DNA from: Nitrospirota bacterium
GTDB lineage: Bacteria; Nitrospirota; JACRHJ01
NCBI GenBank assembly: GCA_963733375.1
Contig: CAVTDB010000003.1
Coordinates: 192,001 to 256,000 of the forward strand
DNA: 64,000 bases
Direction of reading: 5' to 3'
Of the stretch, positions 29,434 through 40,006 are shown in pieces. The first letter of the stretch is position 1, and the number at the start of each line of letters is the position of its first letter. The notes beneath the pieces are model-generated. The model saw nothing but the letters and a program-made list of their open reading frames with translations. It had not been told where the DNA came from and did no database searches. A program made the translations under genes and the position numbers.

Positions 29434-30138
29434 TCATTTCAGCGACACCAGGTAATCCGCCAGCTTCTCCAGGTCGCTTTCGGATAATTTAGCGAATGCG
29501 GGCATAGCCGACTGCGGATGCACCGAGCGCGGGTCCCTCAGGTGCTTTATATGCCACTCCCTGTCCGGGAGCCTTGTCCCCACGTGAGTCAAATCGGGGC
29601 CGACCTTGCCGCCGATGCCGTTCACGGTATGGCAGCTCTGGCAACCCTCCTGTGCGAAAAGCCTCGCCCCCTTTTGCTCCGGCATCTTCCCTTGGCTGCT
29701 GCCGGATACTTCGGGCGCGGCGGCGGCCATCATCGGCGTGGGCGGCCAGTTGTTCGTATCCACAGTGCTTACCCATTTTATAAATGCCACCAGGTTCTCC
29801 ACCTCGCCCGGCCTGAAATTAAATTTCGGCATCCGCCTCTTCGCCGCCCAAACGCCATGCGGGTCCCTAAGGAACCGGGCCAGCCACTCCGGGTCCCTGT
29901 ATTTCGCGACTTTCGTCACATCCGGCGCGTAATATCCGCCGATGCCCAGTATCGTATGGCAGTCGTTGCAATTGTATTTCTGCCACACGCGCTTCCCGGC
30001 CACGACCTCCGAAGTCAATCCGGCCTCGTCCGTGCGCACCGGCATCTGTTTCAGAGAATCATATGAAAGATAAAGGAAGATTATGGAGAAAAAAACGGTG
30101 CCCCAGATAAACATGTATTTGAGCGAGTTCTGGGTCAT
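29434..30138 (-). CDS. norC: Nitric oxide reductase cytochrome c subunit with extra c-type domain
   Basis: TM helix, GKRVWQKYNCNDCHTILGIGGYYAPD, RRMP, NNWPP; second CQSCH..GPDL..MP domain. Confidence 0.9.
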   Translation of the reverse strand: MTQNSLKYMFIWGTVFFSIIFLYLSYDSLKQMPVRTDEAGLTSEVVAGKRVWQKYNCNDCHTILGIGGYYAPDVTKVAKYRDPEWLARFLRDPHGVWAAKRRMPKFNFRPGEVENLVAFIKWVSTVDTNNWPPTPMMAAAAPEVSGSSQGKMPEQKGARLFAQEGCQSCHTVNGIGGKVGPDLTHVGTRLPDREWHIKHLRDPRSVHPQSAMPAFAKLSESDLEKLADYLVSLK

Positions 30139-30243
30139 CCCGGCCTCCGGATTTATAAGGATTTTCAAAAGTATAGCAAAAAATGAGATTTCTGCTTGCG
30201 CCGTGGACGATAATGTGGGGGATGCGGGACAGAAGGGGCGTTA

Positions 30244-30546
30244 CTATGAAAGAATTTTACTGAGCTCTGCGGCGTCAATCCCTGAGGCCATTATGGTCTT
30301 CGATTTTGACGACTGGCCGCGTACGATGGATATTTTCGATTTGGAGATTTTCAGCTTATCCGACAGGAACTCTATAAGCATCTCGTTGGCCGCGCCTTCT
30401 ACCGGAGGGGCGGTAAGCTTTATTTTCAGTACCCCTTCGGATACTCCGGCGACCTGGTTTCTGGACGAGCGGGGCAGGACGCGGACCTGGAACGTAATAC
30501 CTTCCGGCCCTTCCTTTAAGGAGAGGGCGCCGGACGGTTCGCTCAC
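30244..30546 (-). CDS. DUF167/YggU family protein
   Basis: VLPRSSRN..LTAPPVEGAAN..GQSSKSK. Confidence 0.92.
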   Translation of the reverse strand: MSEPSGALSLKEGPEGITFQVRVLPRSSRNQVAGVSEGVLKIKLTAPPVEGAANEMLIEFLSDKLKISKSKISIVRGQSSKSKTIMASGIDAAELSKILS

Positions 30547-31016
30547 TCCCGGCCCTCCTGCTTCTGCTCGTAGTCCAGCATCTTCAGGTGGTCCTCTATG
30601 ACCCCTTTTATCTTCAGGGCGAACCGCTCCTTTATGCGGTTAAGCTCCGTTATCTCCTGCTCTATCTTCGCAAGCTCCTGGCGGGACTTGCGCATCAGGT
30701 CCTCCGCATCCATCTCCGCCTGCTTAAGCCTGAGAGCCGCCTCCTTCTCCGTGCCGAGGCGCATCTCCTCGGACATCTTCTGCGCCGACATCAGGGTGTC
30801 CCGCAGGTTTTTTTCAGTATCCTTGAATTCTGAAAGCGACGCCTGGAGTGTCTGGTTTTCCGTGCGTAGCTGGTCGTTCTCCCGCATCAGCGTCTCCATC
30901 TCGGCGGTAACGTCTTCCAGGAAAGAGTCCACCTCGCTCATGTCGAAGCCGCGGAACTTGAGGCGGAACTGCTTCTGCTTTATGTCGAGGGGCGTAATGT
31001 TCATGTACTCCTCCAT
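30543..31016 (-). CDS. DivIVA domain protein
   Basis: ITPLDIKQKQF..RGFDMSEVDSFL + coiled coil. Confidence 0.93.
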   Translation of the reverse strand: MEEYMNITPLDIKQKQFRLKFRGFDMSEVDSFLEDVTAEMETLMRENDQLRTENQTLQASLSEFKDTEKNLRDTLMSAQKMSEEMRLGTEKEAALRLKQAEMDAEDLMRKSRQELAKIEQEITELNRIKERFALKIKGVIEDHLKMLDYEQKQEGRE

Positions 31017-31043
31017 CCTAATGCATTCTTATCGCCAAGATCG

Positions 31044-31310
31044 CTAAGCGCGCAACGAGGAAATATTTAAGAAAATAAATACAGCTATTACAATAAGCGG
31101 CGAGAAGTCTATACCCATCGCCGGGAGCCTTCTGCGGATAGGCCGGAGCACCGGCTCCGTCGCCGCGTACAGGAACCGGACGATAGGGTTGTAGGGGTCA
31201 GGGTTTACCCATGATAGAATAGCCCTTGCGGCTATGATGATTATATATACCCAGATAATTGTATGCAGCACATAGGCCGCAGCATTTAAAAAATTTCCGA
31301 GAATGAACAT
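31044..31310 (-). CDS. yggT: YggT family membrane protein (3' end probably frameshifted)
   Basis: LSWVNPDPYNPIVRFL..TEPVLRPIRR..IDFSP. Confidence 0.9.
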   Translation of the reverse strand: MFILGNFLNAAAYVLHTIIWVYIIIIAARAILSWVNPDPYNPIVRFLYAATEPVLRPIRRRLPAMGIDFSPLIVIAVFIFLNISSLRA

Positions 31311-31329
31311 TAAGACTCCTTTAATGGCA

Positions 31330-32250
31330 TCAAAAATAAATGACCGCCACGACGGCAATCACCCATAAACCGATATCGACCAGCAGGGGCCTGTCCCCCA
31401 GGAGCGTTGTCGTGGGGCTCCCGCCTTCCTTTTTCTGGTGGATTAGATAAAGGTAGCGGAATATCCCGTATATGACAAATGGCACCGTATAAATCATGCG
31501 CTGGCCAAACTGGATTACCGCGTCCCCGGAAAGGGTGTACAGTATGTAAGCCATAAGCGACGACGCGGTCGTCACGGCGATCATCTGGTCCAGGAAGTAG
31601 GCGCTATACTCGTCGAGGGTCCTCCTGTACCTGATAGCGCATCCTGCGTCATCGGCTGCAGCCGACAGGTCCGGCGGCAGGATTGAAAGCTCGCCCAGCA
31701 ATGTCAGCTCGTGTCTCCTCTTTGCGATCGTAAGGAACAGCGCTATGAGAATAGTGCAGACCAGAAGCCACGACGATACCCTCACAGAGATCGCGACCCC
31801 GCCGGCGGCCGCCCTCAGTACAAACCCCAATGATACCACCATGACATCCACAATGGCTATGCGCTTTAAGTATGACGAATAACAAACGTTCATGATGAAA
31901 TAAACCGCGGCAATTATCCCGAACCCCGTATTTAACGCAAAGGAAAGCGCGAGGGACACAGCGGACATCAGCCCGAAAATGATGCCGGCGCTGTATTTTG
32001 TCATGCGCCCCGCGGCAATCGGCCTGGCCCTCTTTACCGGATGGCACCTGTCTTCCTCCGCATCCAGGATGTCGTTGAATATATATACCGCGCCGGATAG
32101 AAGGCAGAAGATGGCGAACGCGGCGATACTGGTTAACAAAGAGGGCAGGTGGAAGAGGTGTTTTGAAAACAGCAGCGCGGGAAAGATGAACAGGTTCTTG
32201 GCCCACTGATGCGGCCTCATCATCTTAAAGGTATCAGTTAGCATGCTCAA
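31330..32250 (-). CDS. UbiA-family decaprenyl-phosphate phosphoribosyltransferase-like protein
   Basis: RPHQWAKN, YIFNDILD..D..HPVKRARPIAAG, KRRHEL, YGIFRY. Confidence 0.9.
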   Translation of the reverse strand: MSMLTDTFKMMRPHQWAKNLFIFPALLFSKHLFHLPSLLTSIAAFAIFCLLSGAVYIFNDILDAEEDRCHPVKRARPIAAGRMTKYSAGIIFGLMSAVSLALSFALNTGFGIIAAVYFIMNVCYSSYLKRIAIVDVMVVSLGFVLRAAAGGVAISVRVSSWLLVCTILIALFLTIAKRRHELTLLGELSILPPDLSAAADDAGCAIRYRRTLDEYSAYFLDQMIAVTTASSLMAYILYTLSGDAVIQFGQRMIYTVPFVIYGIFRYLYLIHQKKEGGSPTTTLLGDRPLLVDIGLWVIAVVAVIYF

Positions 32251-32327
32251 TCAATAGACCTCGGTTGCCTGGCTCCGGCATTCCATAGGGCTAAAACTCA
32301 CCCATGGAAAACTCATAAGAGCACTAT

Positions 32328-34060
32328 TTATGTTTGTGTTTCCTTAAGAGCTTTTTCCAGGTTTATCTTAGACGTCAGGTCGTTTGGGTCCAGATGGACA
32401 GCGGCCTGGAAGTGCTCTATGGCCTTTTTCATATCCCCTTTCTTCGCATACTCCACGCCGATATTATTGTGCAGCTTCCGCATTGTTGCGCACACTCCGC
32501 GCCGCCGGTAGTTTCACTTTCAGCGCTTCCTCGTATGCCCGTATGGACTCGTCGTACCTTGCCTCTTCTGCCGTATGTGTTGCCGAGGTCCTTATATGCA
32601 ACATACGCATCGTCGGGGATTGGATTGCACTTCGTTGCCGTTATGTATTCCCCTATGGCCAGATCGTCGCGGCCGCTTTTTTCATACATTGCGCCTAGGT
32701 TGATATGCGCACCCGCAGCCAGCAAGAGGTTGTCGCGCGCAACGTCGGACCCGGGGGACTTCTTCAATTCGGCAGTCCAAAGGCTGTAGTCATCCTTCCA
32801 GTCCGCATTCCTGAGTACGGTTCCTGTAGAGTACAGGGCAACCAGCGCTAGGAATACCGACGCGACGGCAATCCTCCTCCCCGAATTCGCAAGCCGGGCC
32901 ATAGTTAAAGTGATCAGCATGATAAACCCGACGGACGGGAGATAGAGGTATCTCTCGCCCAAAACGCTTTGCCCGGTAATCGCGGGTAAATAAAGGCACG
33001 GGAGAAGCGGGACAACTATGGTCAAAAGGCAGAACAAGGCCAGCCTGTCCTTTTTGTACGTGAAATAAAAAAGGGCCGCTACCAGCACCGTCAGGAGGGC
33101 GGACGTCAACGCGTTTACCTCAAGCAGGGAATGGACCGGCTTGAACAAATAAATAAATTTGAGGCTGGTTGGCATGATCAGCTTTTTTAAGTATGTCGCA
33201 AAGATTATAAACAGGTTTCCGAAATAGCCATACTCGCCATGCTGCTTCGAGCTTATCCATCCGAGCGCGTAAAACCTGATGCTCATGTAAGCGGATGCGG
33301 CGAGTGCAAACAAGGCGTATCTCTTTACGATAAATGGAAGGGCCGCTTTCTTTTTATTGAGCAGCAGGTCGTAGGCAATTAACAGGCCCGGGAGGGTTAG
33401 CGCGGGCTCCTTGCACAGTGTACCTATGAAGAAGGCAACTACTGAGAGGTAGTAGCCCGTGTTGAACCTGTTCTCGGACCGGAGGTAGAGATAGAATGAC
33501 AGCAGGCAGAAAAACGTGTACGAGAGGTCCGTGACGGCCGAAATCCACGCGACCGCCTCCGTGTGTATGGGGTGCACCGCGAAAAGGACGGCCACCATCA
33601 GAGGGATCGAGAGATATTTAAAAGGGGCCTTGTATTCGCTGAACAAGTATCCTGGCTATCAGGAAAACAAGGACGGAAGACCCGGCATGGAAAAGGATGT
33701 TGACAAGGTGAAACCCCGCGGGGCATGATACCGAAGACGTAATAGGCCAGCATGTGTATAACTATGCACCATTGGCCGGTAGTAGTTGGTGGTGTCCCCT
33801 GTTAAACCCCCAGTCGCATCGCTTGAAAAGATATTTGGAAGAAACCTCGCATCTTTAATCCAGGGGTTACCCAGCACCTGAAAATTGTCGTCATAAACGA
33901 ACCCGTTTCCAAGGGTGTTTGAATAAACAGCAAGGGAGACGGCTATTATTATAAACAAGGGGAATGGTAGTTCTCTCCAGACGGGTCTTTCGGGTATCTC
34001 TTTCATCTGTGTTTCCTTATCAGACCATACTGCAGATTTCTTGTTTTTTAATCTGCTCAA
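32328..34060 (-). CDS. TMTC-like GT-C glycosyltransferase with TPR repeats (frameshifted)
   Basis: FVYDD, YYRP, FAVHPIHTEAVAWIS, KE, ERYLYLPSVG, RNADWKD, TPR tail. Confidence 0.85.
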
Positions 34061-34083
34061 TGCTGCTTAACTCTGCGGTTAAA

Positions 34084-34896
34084 TTATTTCCCCAGTTCCT
34101 GCGAGCGCTTCGTCGCCGCCTCGACTGCCGCGTAAAGCGCCGCCCGCAGTCCCCTCTCCTCCAGAACCTGGAGCCCCGCGATAGTCGTCCCGCCGGGAGA
34201 AGTCACCATGTCCTTCAGCTTCGACAGCGGCTCCTTCGTCTGGAGCGCCATGCTGGCCGAGCCAACGAGCGTCTGGGCCGCGAGCAGGAACGAATGCTCC
34301 CTGGACAGCCCCATCCGCACCCCCGCGTCCGAGAGCGCTTCGAGAATCACGAACACGTATGCCGGCCCGCTGCCGGAGAGCCCCGTCACCGCGTCCATCA
34401 GCTTCTCGTCGGGGACGGTCACGACCGCCTTGCAGATAGCCGATAAAAGTTTCGTCGCGATTTCCATATCGCCCGGCTTAGTGTTCGGCCCGGCAAACGC
34501 CGCGGCCGAGCCTTCCTGCACCAGCGCGGGCGTATTCGGCATCACCCGTATTACACGCGCCTTCTTCCCCAGCGACTTCTCGATATTGGCGGCGGTTACC
34601 CCTGCCGCGATGGATATGATAAGCTGTTTCGGCGTAACGGACGAGGATATTTCGAGCAATACGCCCGCTATATCCTTCGGCTTCACGGCAAGGATTATCA
34701 CGTCCTTGCCCTTCACGGCCTTGACGTTGTCCGTCACCGCGCCCACTTCGTAGAACTTCTTCATGTGCAGGAGCCGGTTCGGCGACGCGTCCGAGACGGT
34801 AATATCTTCTTTCGGCACAAGGCCGGATATGACAAGGCCTTTGACCATCGCCTCGGCCATGTTACCCGCCCCTATGAAAGCAATTTTTTTATTCAT
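34084..34896 (-). CDS. proC: Pyrroline-5-carboxylate reductase
   Basis: FIGAGNMA, RVMPNTP, LSGSGPAY, VTSPGGTT. Confidence 0.97.
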   Translation of the reverse strand: MNKKIAFIGAGNMAEAMVKGLVISGLVPKEDITVSDASPNRLLHMKKFYEVGAVTDNVKAVKGKDVIILAVKPKDIAGVLLEISSSVTPKQLIISIAAGVTAANIEKSLGKKARVIRVMPNTPALVQEGSAAAFAGPNTKPGDMEIATKLLSAICKAVVTVPDEKLMDAVTGLSGSGPAYVFVILEALSDAGVRMGLSREHSFLLAAQTLVGSASMALQTKEPLSKLKDMVTSPGGTTIAGLQVLEERGLRAALYAAVEAATKRSQELGK

Positions 34897-35610
34897 CCCA
34901 TAGTCCTCGCACCGAAAATAGCCGTCCCCACCCGGACCAGCGTCGCCCCTTCCTCGGCGGCCACCTCATAGTCCTGCGTCATGCCCATTGAAAGCTCGGT
35001 CATCTCGAACCCTTCCAGCGTAAGCTCCGCCGCGAGGCGGTTCATCTCTTTAAAGTACGGGCGGGAACTCTCCGGGTCCTCCGTAAACGGCGGGACGCAC
35101 ATGAGCCCGGTGATTTTTAAATTTTCCAGGCGGGAAGCTTCCTTCATGAAACCGGGCGCTTCCTCCGGGCGGATTCCACGCTTCGTCTCCTCGGAAGCTA
35201 TATTTATTTCAAGAAGCGCCTTCTGGATTATCCCCCTCTTCCCGGCCTGCCTGTCTATCTCCCGTGCCAGGTCGAGCGAGTCAAGCGAGTGAATCAGTTT
35301 GAATACTCCAACCGCCTGCCGGGCCTTGTTTTTCTGGAGCGAGCCTATCAGGTGCCATTCGATCTCCGCACCCGCCCCCCGCGCTCCCCGCCTTCAAGGT
35401 GTCCATTTCCCGCATCTTGGAAAGCGCCTCCTGGACCCGGTTCTCGCCCAGTATGGACGCCCCGGCCGCCACCGCCTCCAAGAGCCTCGGCAGCGGATAC
35501 GGTCTTTGTCACCGCGACCAGCCGGACCAAGAAGGCTCCCTGCCCGCGCGCTTCGCCGCCGCCTCAAGCTTCGCAAGCACCGCGCGCATGTTTTCCGGAA
35601 TGCGGCTCAC
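34893..35610 (-). CDS. yggS: PLP homeostasis protein (frameshifted)
   Basis: LVAVTKT, LGENRVQE, GLMCVPP, LSMGMTQDY, VRVGTAIFG. Confidence 0.9.
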
Positions 35611-36414
35611 AGAAGGACGGTCAAGGCCATCATCCTGCCGGCCCTCCCGCCGCTCCCCCTGTGGGAGTAGAACTTCTCAGGGTTGCATGCGGTGCATGCG
35701 CCAAAAACATTTATCCTGCCGGGCCGGACGCCGGCAATTTCGAAGAGTTTTCATATTTGCCTTCCAGAGGTCCAGCCGCCAATGTCCCGGACGCGAGTTG
35801 GTAATAAACTCAGCCGCGTGAGGCATGGATTCCTTCAGCGGGTCGAGCACCTTCGAGTCGACCTCATAGCAGCACGGGCCGATGGAGGGGCCGATGGACG
35901 CCAGCAGGTTCTCGGGCTTGGAGCCGAAATGACGGCCCATCTCCGCCACCGCCTTCCCCGCTATCCCCTTGACCGTCCCGGCCCAGCCGGCGTGCACCGC
36001 CGCGACCACCGACCTTTTCGGGTCGTATAGCAGGATAGGCACGCAGTCCGCGGTAAGCACCCCTATCGGCACCCGCTTAAGGTCCGTAATTACCGCGTCG
36101 TGCCCCGCAGGCTGCTTCCGCCCGGCTTCGCCGTGTACCCCGGGACCAGGCTCCCGCAGGACATAGATATCATCCCCATGCACCTGCCGGACCATCTTTA
36201 TCTCGGCTCCGGGCAAACCAAGCGCGGCGGTTAAAAGCTCCCGGTTCTTTTTTACGTTCCCGGGGCTGTCCCCCGAGCCCGCGCCCATATTAAGGGACTC
36301 GAAGGGATGTGGGCTTACGCCGCCCTTCCGGGTGGTGAATACTCCTCTCGCCCCTTCCCAGCCGGAAACCTCGTAGAAACCGGCGCCGAATTCATCATGA
36401 AATACAAATGGCAT
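35607..36414 (-). CDS. pgeF: Peptidoglycan editing factor / purine nucleoside phosphorylase YfiH (3' frameshift)
   Basis: TTRKGGVS, QVHG, TADCVP, HAGWAG, GPSIGPCCYEV. Confidence 0.93.
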
Positions 36415-36556
36415 GATACCTTGCCTTAAGTGCGTTTAAATCTTTGAAATTCTAACACTTTGCACGACGGTGTGTCAACAGATATCAATCCCTTGAACAG
36501 CCCGCGCACACCCACTTTGTCCTTGACCGACGGTGACGCCTCTGATAAGATAAGCT

Positions 36557-37048
36557 GTGATTTTTACGAGGGTTATGGTCGATAAACTTGCCATATCGAT
36601 TGCCTCCGGCCTGGGCGCCGGATACTCTCCCGTCGCGCCCGGCACGGCAGGCAGCGTCGTCGGGGTCATTATTGCAATTCTTTTTATACTCCTCTTTGGC
36701 CTCAATATCTTTTCCGGGTTTATTTATGCCCTTACGACCGCCGTCATCTTCGCCATCGGCGTATGGTCCGCCGGGAGGGCTGAAGTCATCTACGGCGAGA
36801 AGGACTGCGGCAAAATCGTGATAGACGAGATTGCCGGGATGCTCGTTACGCTTTACCTGGTGCCGTTTGACTGGCGCTTTCTTCTGGCGGGTTTTCTGCT
36901 GTTCAGATTATTCGACATCGTAAAACCATTTCCCGCAAGGCGCATAGACCAGAGAGTAAAGGGCGGATGGGGCGTGATGCTTGACGACATCGCGGCGGGG
37001 ATTTACGCAAACATAAGCCTCCAGATATTTGTACGGGTTATGCGTTGA
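36557..37048 (+). CDS. pgpA: Phosphatidylglycerophosphatase A
   Basis: APGTAGS, IVIDEIAG, FRLFDIVKP, MLDDIAAG. Confidence 0.96.
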   Translation: MIFTRVMVDKLAISIASGLGAGYSPVAPGTAGSVVGVIIAILFILLFGLNIFSGFIYALTTAVIFAIGVWSAGRAEVIYGEKDCGKIVIDEIAGMLVTLYLVPFDWRFLLAGFLLFRLFDIVKPFPARRIDQRVKGGWGVMLDDIAAGIYANISLQIFVRVMR

Positions 37049-38226
37049 GGGCGGAGGCGGTAATACTGGGACTCCTGCTGCCCGACCCGGAAGGCGGCTA
37101 TATCGAGTCGCTCTCCGATTCACTGAGGGAGTTCGGGCTGGAGCTGGCAGCGGTATCGTTTATCGCGCCAAAGGAAAAAGAGGCCGAAGAGGCCGTCCGT
37201 CTGGCCCTTTCCCGCTCGCTGATGGTGGTGCTGTCGGGCAGGCAGGGACAGGGCAGGGTCGAGGAGCTTTCCAGAAAGACCATCGCGCGCGTCCTGGGGA
37301 AACGGCTGATACTCCACCCGGAACTTGCGGAAAAGGGTTCTACTAAAGCGGCGCTCCTGCCGAGCGGCGCGAGGCCTTTGTCCGACGCGTCCGGAACGCC
37401 CGCCGGTTTCTGGCTGGAGCACGGCGGCAGGTATGTCGTTTTACTCCGGGAAAACGTGAAGCTCAGGGATGTTATTCCGCCGGAGCTTGCAAGGGCGCTC
37501 TCCAAGGGCAGGGGCAGAAAGTTTACCGCGAGCCGGACCATCCGGTGCTATGGCATAAACGAAGACCTGGCGCGTGAGTTCCTTGAAAAAATCTCCGTCC
37601 CGGACGGAGATATCCAGTTCAGCGTCTCCCTTGAAGGCCTGGACATAAAGGCGGCTACGCGCGCCGATACCTACGAGAAGGCGGAGAAGGTCCTCTTGGA
37701 GCTGTGCGCGGAAGTCGTCCGCAAAGTCGGCGACGCCTTTTACGGGACGGACGGGGAGGGCCTACATGAAGCGGCGGCAAGACTCCTCATCGACAGGAAG
37801 CTGACGATTGCGACCGCCGAGTCCTGCACCGGGGGCCTGGTCGCGAAGAGGCTCACCGACATCGCCGGAAGCACGGCTTACATGGAACGCGGCGTGGTGA
37901 CTTACTCCAATAAATCAAAGGAAGAACTGCTCTCGGTCCCGGCGGAGGTGTTAAGCGAGCACGGCGCGGTATCCAGGGAGACGGCGCAGGCAATGGCCGA
38001 GGGGATACGCTGGAACGCGAAGACGGACCTGGGCCTCAGCATCACTGGCATTGCCGGGCCGGGCGGAGGCACTCCTTCAAAGCCGGTCGGGCTGGTGTAT
38101 ATCGGCCTCGCCACGCCGGACGGGGTGACGGTAAAAAGCTTCAATTTTCCGGGCGACCGTGCGGCGGTGCGTTTCGCGTCATCGCAAAAGGCGCTGGACA
38201 TGGTACGGCGATACCTGATAAGCTAA
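37045..38226 (+). CDS. cinA: CinA / NMN deamidase
   Basis: AESCTGG, YSNKSK, GAVS, ITGIAGPGGG; divergent N-terminal domain. Confidence 0.9.
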   Translation: MRAEAVILGLLLPDPEGGYIESLSDSLREFGLELAAVSFIAPKEKEAEEAVRLALSRSLMVVLSGRQGQGRVEELSRKTIARVLGKRLILHPELAEKGSTKAALLPSGARPLSDASGTPAGFWLEHGGRYVVLLRENVKLRDVIPPELARALSKGRGRKFTASRTIRCYGINEDLAREFLEKISVPDGDIQFSVSLEGLDIKAATRADTYEKAEKVLLELCAEVVRKVGDAFYGTDGEGLHEAAARLLIDRKLTIATAESCTGGLVAKRLTDIAGSTAYMERGVVTYSNKSKEELLSVPAEVLSEHGAVSRETAQAMAEGIRWNAKTDLGLSITGIAGPGGGTPSKPVGLVYIGLATPDGVTVKSFNFPGDRAAVRFASSQKALDMVRRYLIS

Positions 38227-38236
38227 CGTCGAAACC

Positions 38237-38322
38237 CCGCCTTTTTGAAAAAAGGCGGCCCAAAAACTTTTAAACTGTCCCGCTTTCTTTTGGTTCTTTT
38301 CTTTCTCGCGAAAGAAAAGAAC
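38237..38322 (-). repeat. Dispersed repeat copy 5 (inverted)
   Basis: CCGCCTTTTT/AAAAAGGCGG and GTTCTTTTCTTTC/GAAAGAAAAGAAC. Confidence 0.9.
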
Positions 38323-38332
38323 GGTTAAAAAA

Positions 38333-38911
38333 ATGTCTCAAAAAGGTTTTATCCGCACCTTCATCGCAATCGAGCTTCCTCCCGAAATAAAGGAGGCGAT
38401 GGCGGGGGTGCAGGCGGAACTTAGGAAATCCGACGCGGACGTGGGCTGGGTGCGCCCGGAAGGCGTGCACCTGACGCTGAAGTTCCTGGGGGACGTGGAG
38501 GAGAAAAAAGTCGCGGAGCTTGGCGACGCGCTTGCGGAAGGGCTGAAGGGGGAAACCCCATTTATCCTTCAGGCGAAAGGCGTCGGCACGTTTCCGACTC
38601 CAAGGGCTCCGCGCGTGGTCTGGCTCGGCGTGGAAGGCGAAGTTACGCGGCTTTCCGCGCTTGCAAAGACGGTGGAAGAAATCTGCGCAAATTTAAAATT
38701 CCCGAAAGAAGACCGTCCTTTCAAGGCGCACCTGACTCTGGGGCGGGTTAAATCGCCAGGGGGACGCGGCGCGCTGGTGAAGATGCTGGAAAATTTCAAG
38801 GACGCGGACCTGGGAGAGTTCAAGGCTGACGCTGTATCCGTGATGAAGAGCGAGCTGCAAAGGAGCGGCGCGGTATATACGGAGATGCGGAGAATTGTTT
38901 TGGCTGCTTGA
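38333..38911 (+). CDS. thpR: RNA 2',3'-cyclic phosphodiesterase
   Basis: RTFIAI, two HLTL motifs. Confidence 0.93.
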   Translation: MSQKGFIRTFIAIELPPEIKEAMAGVQAELRKSDADVGWVRPEGVHLTLKFLGDVEEKKVAELGDALAEGLKGETPFILQAKGVGTFPTPRAPRVVWLGVEGEVTRLSALAKTVEEICANLKFPKEDRPFKAHLTLGRVKSPGGRGALVKMLENFKDADLGEFKADAVSVMKSELQRSGAVYTEMRRIVLAA

Positions 38912-38967
38912 GTTTAATTAATTTTGTACTTGGAATAAACCTGTAGCAATTAGGAAGGAGCAATAAG

Positions 38968-39993
38968 ATGGCGGAAAAGACGGAAAAAGACCAGAAACTG
39001 CGCGCGCTCGACCTGGCGGTGTCGCAGATAGAGAAACAGTTCGGGAAGGGCTCCATCATGCGCCTGGGGAACGACCAGCCGCCGCCGGATGTAGCGGTAA
39101 TACCGACCGGCTCTCTGGGCCTGGACATTGCCCTTGGCGTCGGCGGCTATCCGCGCGGCAGGGTCATCGAGATATATGGCCCGGAGTCTTCCGGCAAGAC
39201 AACACTCTCCCTTAACGCGATCGCGCAGGCCCAGAAGCTGGGCGGCATAGCGGCGTTCATAGACGCGGAACATGCCCTCGACGTCACCTACGCCCGCAAG
39301 CTCGGGGTAAAAACGGACGACCTGCTCATATCGCAGCCGGACTCCGGCGAGCAGGCGCTCGAAGTCGTGGAGACGCTGGTCCGAAGCGGCGCGGTGGACA
39401 TAGTCGTCGTGGACTCTGTCGCGGCACTGGTCCCAAAGGCGGAGATAGAGGGCGAGATGGGGGATTCGCACATGGGGCTCCAGGCAAGGCTCATGTCCCA
39501 GGCCCTGCGTAAATTGACCGCGGCCATCTCCAACACCATGACTACCGTTATCTTCATAAACCAGATACGCATGAAGATAGGCATCGTCTACGGCAACCCG
39601 GAGACGACCACCGGCGGAAACGCCCTTAAGTTCTACGCATCCGTGCGCCTCGATATCAGGAAGGCGGAGGCGATAAAGGACGGCCAGGAAATACTGGGAA
39701 ACAGGGTGCGGGTAAAGGTGGTCAAGAACAAGGTGGCGCCGCCTTTCAAGCAGGCGGAGTTCGATATCCTTTTCAACGAGGGCATTTCGAAAATCGGCGA
39801 AGTAATCGACGCCGGGGTGAATGCCGGCATAATAGAGAAGGCCGGGGCATGGTATTCCTATAACGGAGACCGCATCGGCCAGGGGCGCGAGAACGTAAAA
39901 TCATACATGAAAGACCATCCGGAGTCGTTAGACGATATAGAGGCCGCGGTAAAAGAGAAGGCGGGTCTTGTGCCGCCAGCCGTACCGGCGTAA
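38968..39993 (+). CDS. recA: Recombinase A
   Basis: [33 protein letters not shown]. Confidence 0.99.
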   Translation: MAEKTEKDQKLRALDLAVSQIEKQFGKGSIMRLGNDQPPPDVAVIPTGSLGLDIALGVGGYPRGRVIEIYGPESSGKTTLSLNAIAQAQKLGGIAAFIDAEHALDVTYARKLGVKTDDLLISQPDSGEQALEVVETLVRSGAVDIVVVDSVAALVPKAEIEGEMGDSHMGLQARLMSQALRKLTAAISNTMTTVIFINQIRMKIGIVYGNPETTTGGNALKFYASVRLDIRKAEAIKDGQEILGNRVRVKVVKNKVAPPFKQAEFDILFNEGISKIGEVIDAGVNAGIIEKAGAWYSYNGDRIGQGRENVKSYMKDHPESLDDIEAAVKEKAGLVPPAVPA

Positions 39994-40006
39994 GAGGCAA
40001 AAAAAA

